Source of the DNA: Lujinxingia vulgaris
Lineage (GTDB): Bacteria > Myxococcota_A > Bradymonadia > Bradymonadales > Bradymonadaceae
Reading direction: 5' to 3'
Assembly (NCBI GenBank): GCA_040394315.1
Contig: JBEBSM010000001.1
Coordinates: forward strand, 1-35,596
Length of the DNA stretch: 35,596 nucleotides
Numbering within the stretch: the stretch's first letter is position 1; each line of letters starts with the position of its first letter. Below are positions 33,852-35,596 of this stretch, piece by piece. A program made the position numbers and the translations under genes. The notes under the pieces were generated by a model, which searched no databases, was not told the DNA's origin, and saw only the letters and a list, made by a program, of their open reading frames with translations.

Positions 33852-34430
33852 ATGCGCTTTACCTTTGAAAACATTGTGGGTCGTCGTTTTCTTCTTGTTT
33901 TGATGACGGCGTTGCTGGCTCTTGGCATGGTTGCGTGTGGCGACGATGATGGCAAGGATTCCAACAACGACAAGACTGATGTTGGCCAGGTCCAGGAAGA
34001 CGCCGGGCAGGACACGGGTGTCAAAACCGACGCGGCTGATGAAGTCGATGCTGCGGACGAGCAAGATACCGAGGACGAAACCGATGCTGCTGACGTTCCA
34101 GAAGAGCTGGAAGTTCTGGGAAGCTGGTCATCGCAATATGGTGACGAGGAAATCACGGCTACGCAGTGGGGCTATAGCCCGCTGGTGAAATTTGATAACG
34201 CCGAGCGCGTCGCTTACACCCGTAGTGCGGATGATGCGGAGTACAATCCGGGCAAATACGGCAAGATTGTGTGGACACCGCTCGTCGACGATTCGTTCTA
34301 TTACTGCACGGTCGAGTATGCACTGGATACGCTGGAAGAAGCCGAAAACAGCACGACGGCCTTCGATGCAACCAATCCGGATGAGTCGGGTTGCGGTGGA
34401 TTTTCGTGGACGAAGTTGACGCGTAAATGA
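33852..34430 (+). CDS. Small acidic-linker lipoprotein, riboswitch-controlled paralog
   Basis: GGAG lies 7 nt before the ATG. Signal peptide ending GMVAC-GDDD, then a long D/E/T-rich linker. The C-terminal module reads KIVWTPLV..FYYC...LEE...NPDESGCGGFSWTKLTRK. Confidence 0.75.
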   Translation: MRFTFENIVGRRFLLVLMTALLALGMVACGDDDGKDSNNDKTDVGQVQEDAGQDTGVKTDAADEVDAADEQDTEDETDAADVPEELEVLGSWSSQYGDEEITATQWGYSPLVKFDNAERVAYTRSADDAEYNPGKYGKIVWTPLVDDSFYYCTVEYALDTLEEAENSTTAFDATNPDESGCGGFSWTKLTRK

Positions 34431-35125
34431 GTCAACTGGGCCATGGAGCCAGTATGAAGAGTTTTGCGAAATATCTTGTTTTGATGGGCACGTTGTTGTT
34501 CGCGTCGGGTTGCGGTGAGGATGCTGCAAACGGACGAGAAGTCGACGAGATTGCAGATCCTTATGCCAGCGAAGTGGTGAGTTTTACGCCTGGCGAAGGT
34601 GCAGGTTTTGGTCAAGATAAGATGCCGGAAGTTGTGCTGGGCGCGCCGCAGGGCAAGGGTACAAACGCTGGATCGTTGTCGGTATTGAGCCTGGGCAAAG
34701 GCGGTGAAATTGTGCTCGGTTTTGGCGATCATGTGATTGTCGATGGGCCGGGCGCAGATTTCGTGGTCTTTGAGAATCCGTTTTGGCCCGGTGGCAAGGC
34801 AGCCGATGTGTATGCAGAGCTTGGTGAAGTTTCGGTGAGTATGGACGGCGTTGCGTGGAAGACATTTCCTTGCTCTACCGAGCCCAGCGAGCCGGGGCGT
34901 TGGCCAGGATGTGCTGGCTGGACTCCGACGCTTGTTTATGATGCGGACGATCTTGTTCCGCTCGATCCGCAATTGAGTGGCGGTGACGCGTTTGATTTGA
35001 AGGACATCGGCGTCGGCGAAATTCGTTTCGTGCGGATTCGTGATGTTTCGAATAACGGCGATACACCGAGCGCTGGTTTTGATCTGGATGCGGTTGGCGG
35101 CGTTCATTTTCGCGGCAAGAACTGA
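34427..35125 (+). CDS. Hypothetical lipoprotein, translationally coupled to the preceding gene
   Basis: ATGA start/stop overlap at 34427-34430; an alternative ATG lies at 34454. Lipobox LFASGC. Conserved-looking blocks are FTPGEGAGFGQ, GADFVVFENPF, VSVSMDG, GCAGWTP, RFVRIRD and GFDLDAV. I cannot name the family. Confidence 0.72.
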   Translation: MSQLGHGASMKSFAKYLVLMGTLLFASGCGEDAANGREVDEIADPYASEVVSFTPGEGAGFGQDKMPEVVLGAPQGKGTNAGSLSVLSLGKGGEIVLGFGDHVIVDGPGADFVVFENPFWPGGKAADVYAELGEVSVSMDGVAWKTFPCSTEPSEPGRWPGCAGWTPTLVYDADDLVPLDPQLSGGDAFDLKDIGVGEIRFVRIRDVSNNGDTPSAGFDLDAVGGVHFRGKN

Positions 35126-35160
35126 CTTCTGCAGGCTGAAAAAGTAGTTGCAATGGAAAG

Positions 35161-35199
35161 GCCCCGCACACGTTTGAAAAAGTGTGCGGGGGCGTTTTT
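35161..35199. terminator. Strong intrinsic terminator at the end of the lipoprotein operon
   Basis: CCCCGCACAC-10 nt loop-GTGTGCGGGG followed by CGTTTTTG. It lies between convergent genes. Confidence 0.8.
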
Positions 35200-35305
35200 G
35201 TGCCGCGTCCGGGCCGGGTATCAACCATGCAGCGTCGGGAAAGCGGCATGGTTGTTGGTGATTCGAGGGGTGCGCCCGGGGCGCCGTGGAAATTAGGTCG
35301 GTTTT

Positions 35306-35596
35306 TTAGTAGCCGCGTTCGACCATTTCGTCACCGATTTCGTCGTCGTCAGCCGTGGCGGCGGCAAACGTGGAAATGTCGACTTTGACGTCGAGCGTGC
35401 GGTTTTTGATCTTGTCGAGGATCTCGTCTTTGACGAAGGACAGAGGATGTGTGCCGCGTTGGCCATCGGTGTAGGTGCGCAGGGCGACGGTGCCTTCTTC
35501 GGCTTCGCGGCCGCCGACGACCAGGATGTAGGGGATCTTGCGGGTAATGGCTTCGCGGGTTTTGAAGCCCATTTTCTCGCTGCGATCGTCGACTTC
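35306..35596 (-). CDS. thrS: Threonyl-tRNA synthetase, C-terminal anticodon-binding part (5' end outside window)
   Basis: The reading frame is open to the window edge. [42 protein letters not shown] matches the ThrRS C-terminal DxRxEKIGxKIRE...VPYxLVxGxxE signature. An acidic extension of about 25 aa follows. Confidence 0.88.
   Translation of the reverse strand, partial: EVDDRSEKMGFKTREAITRKIPYILVVGGREAEEGTVALRTYTDGQRGTHPLSFVKDEILDKIKNRTLDVKVDISTFAAATADDDEIGDEMVERGY

Noticed and set aside
33369-34156. 231-aa and 127-aa minus-strand ORFs and the 66-aa plus-strand ORF at 33550-33750
   Set aside because: They cover the riboswitch-like leader and run antisense into both lipoprotein genes. The conserved RNA motifs explain this region better.
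34301-35249. 307-aa and 124-aa minus-strand ORFs
   Set aside because: They are antisense to the 232-aa lipoprotein gene and span its terminator.

Overview
This is a chromosomal window from a Gram-negative (diderm) bacterium. It is rich in lipoproteins, outer-membrane and secreted proteins. I saw no transposase, integrase, CRISPR array or recognisable defence gene. Reading left to right: a 5'-truncated alpha-2-macroglobulin gene without the thioester cysteine; a membrane-anchored cupin; a 675-nt gap with three copies of a structured ~100-nt repeat; an M32 carboxypeptidase coupled to an unknown gene; and a LysM/M74 murein endopeptidase. Next is a translationally coupled SRPBCC, TrpB-like and TrpA-like operon in which both synthase subunits have lost key catalytic residues. 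Then come an MscS-family channel, two tandem paralogous secreted proteins, a SurA-like PPIase with a cysteine-rich metzincin, a VWA protein with a multi-TM coiled-coil protein, and a TrpH/YciV-type PHP phosphoesterase. A hairpin-repeat-filled convergent gap follows. On the minus strand sits a porin-like OMP, a 1226-aa PHP-domain lipoprotein and an EF-hand protein, arranged as an operon. A stable-RNA cluster holds all four tRNA-Ser isoacceptors, two identical tRNA-Arg(ACG) genes flanking tadA, and the SRP RNA. The window ends with a lipoprotein cluster and the 3' end of thrS. The strongest lead is a cobalamin-riboswitch-like leader (about 33545-33700). It sits in front of two translationally coupled lipoprotein genes of unknown function, one of which has an unregulated paralog just upstream. 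That makes a candidate undescribed B12-responsive cell-envelope module. All calls rest on reading the sequence and ORF translations by eye; no searches were run.
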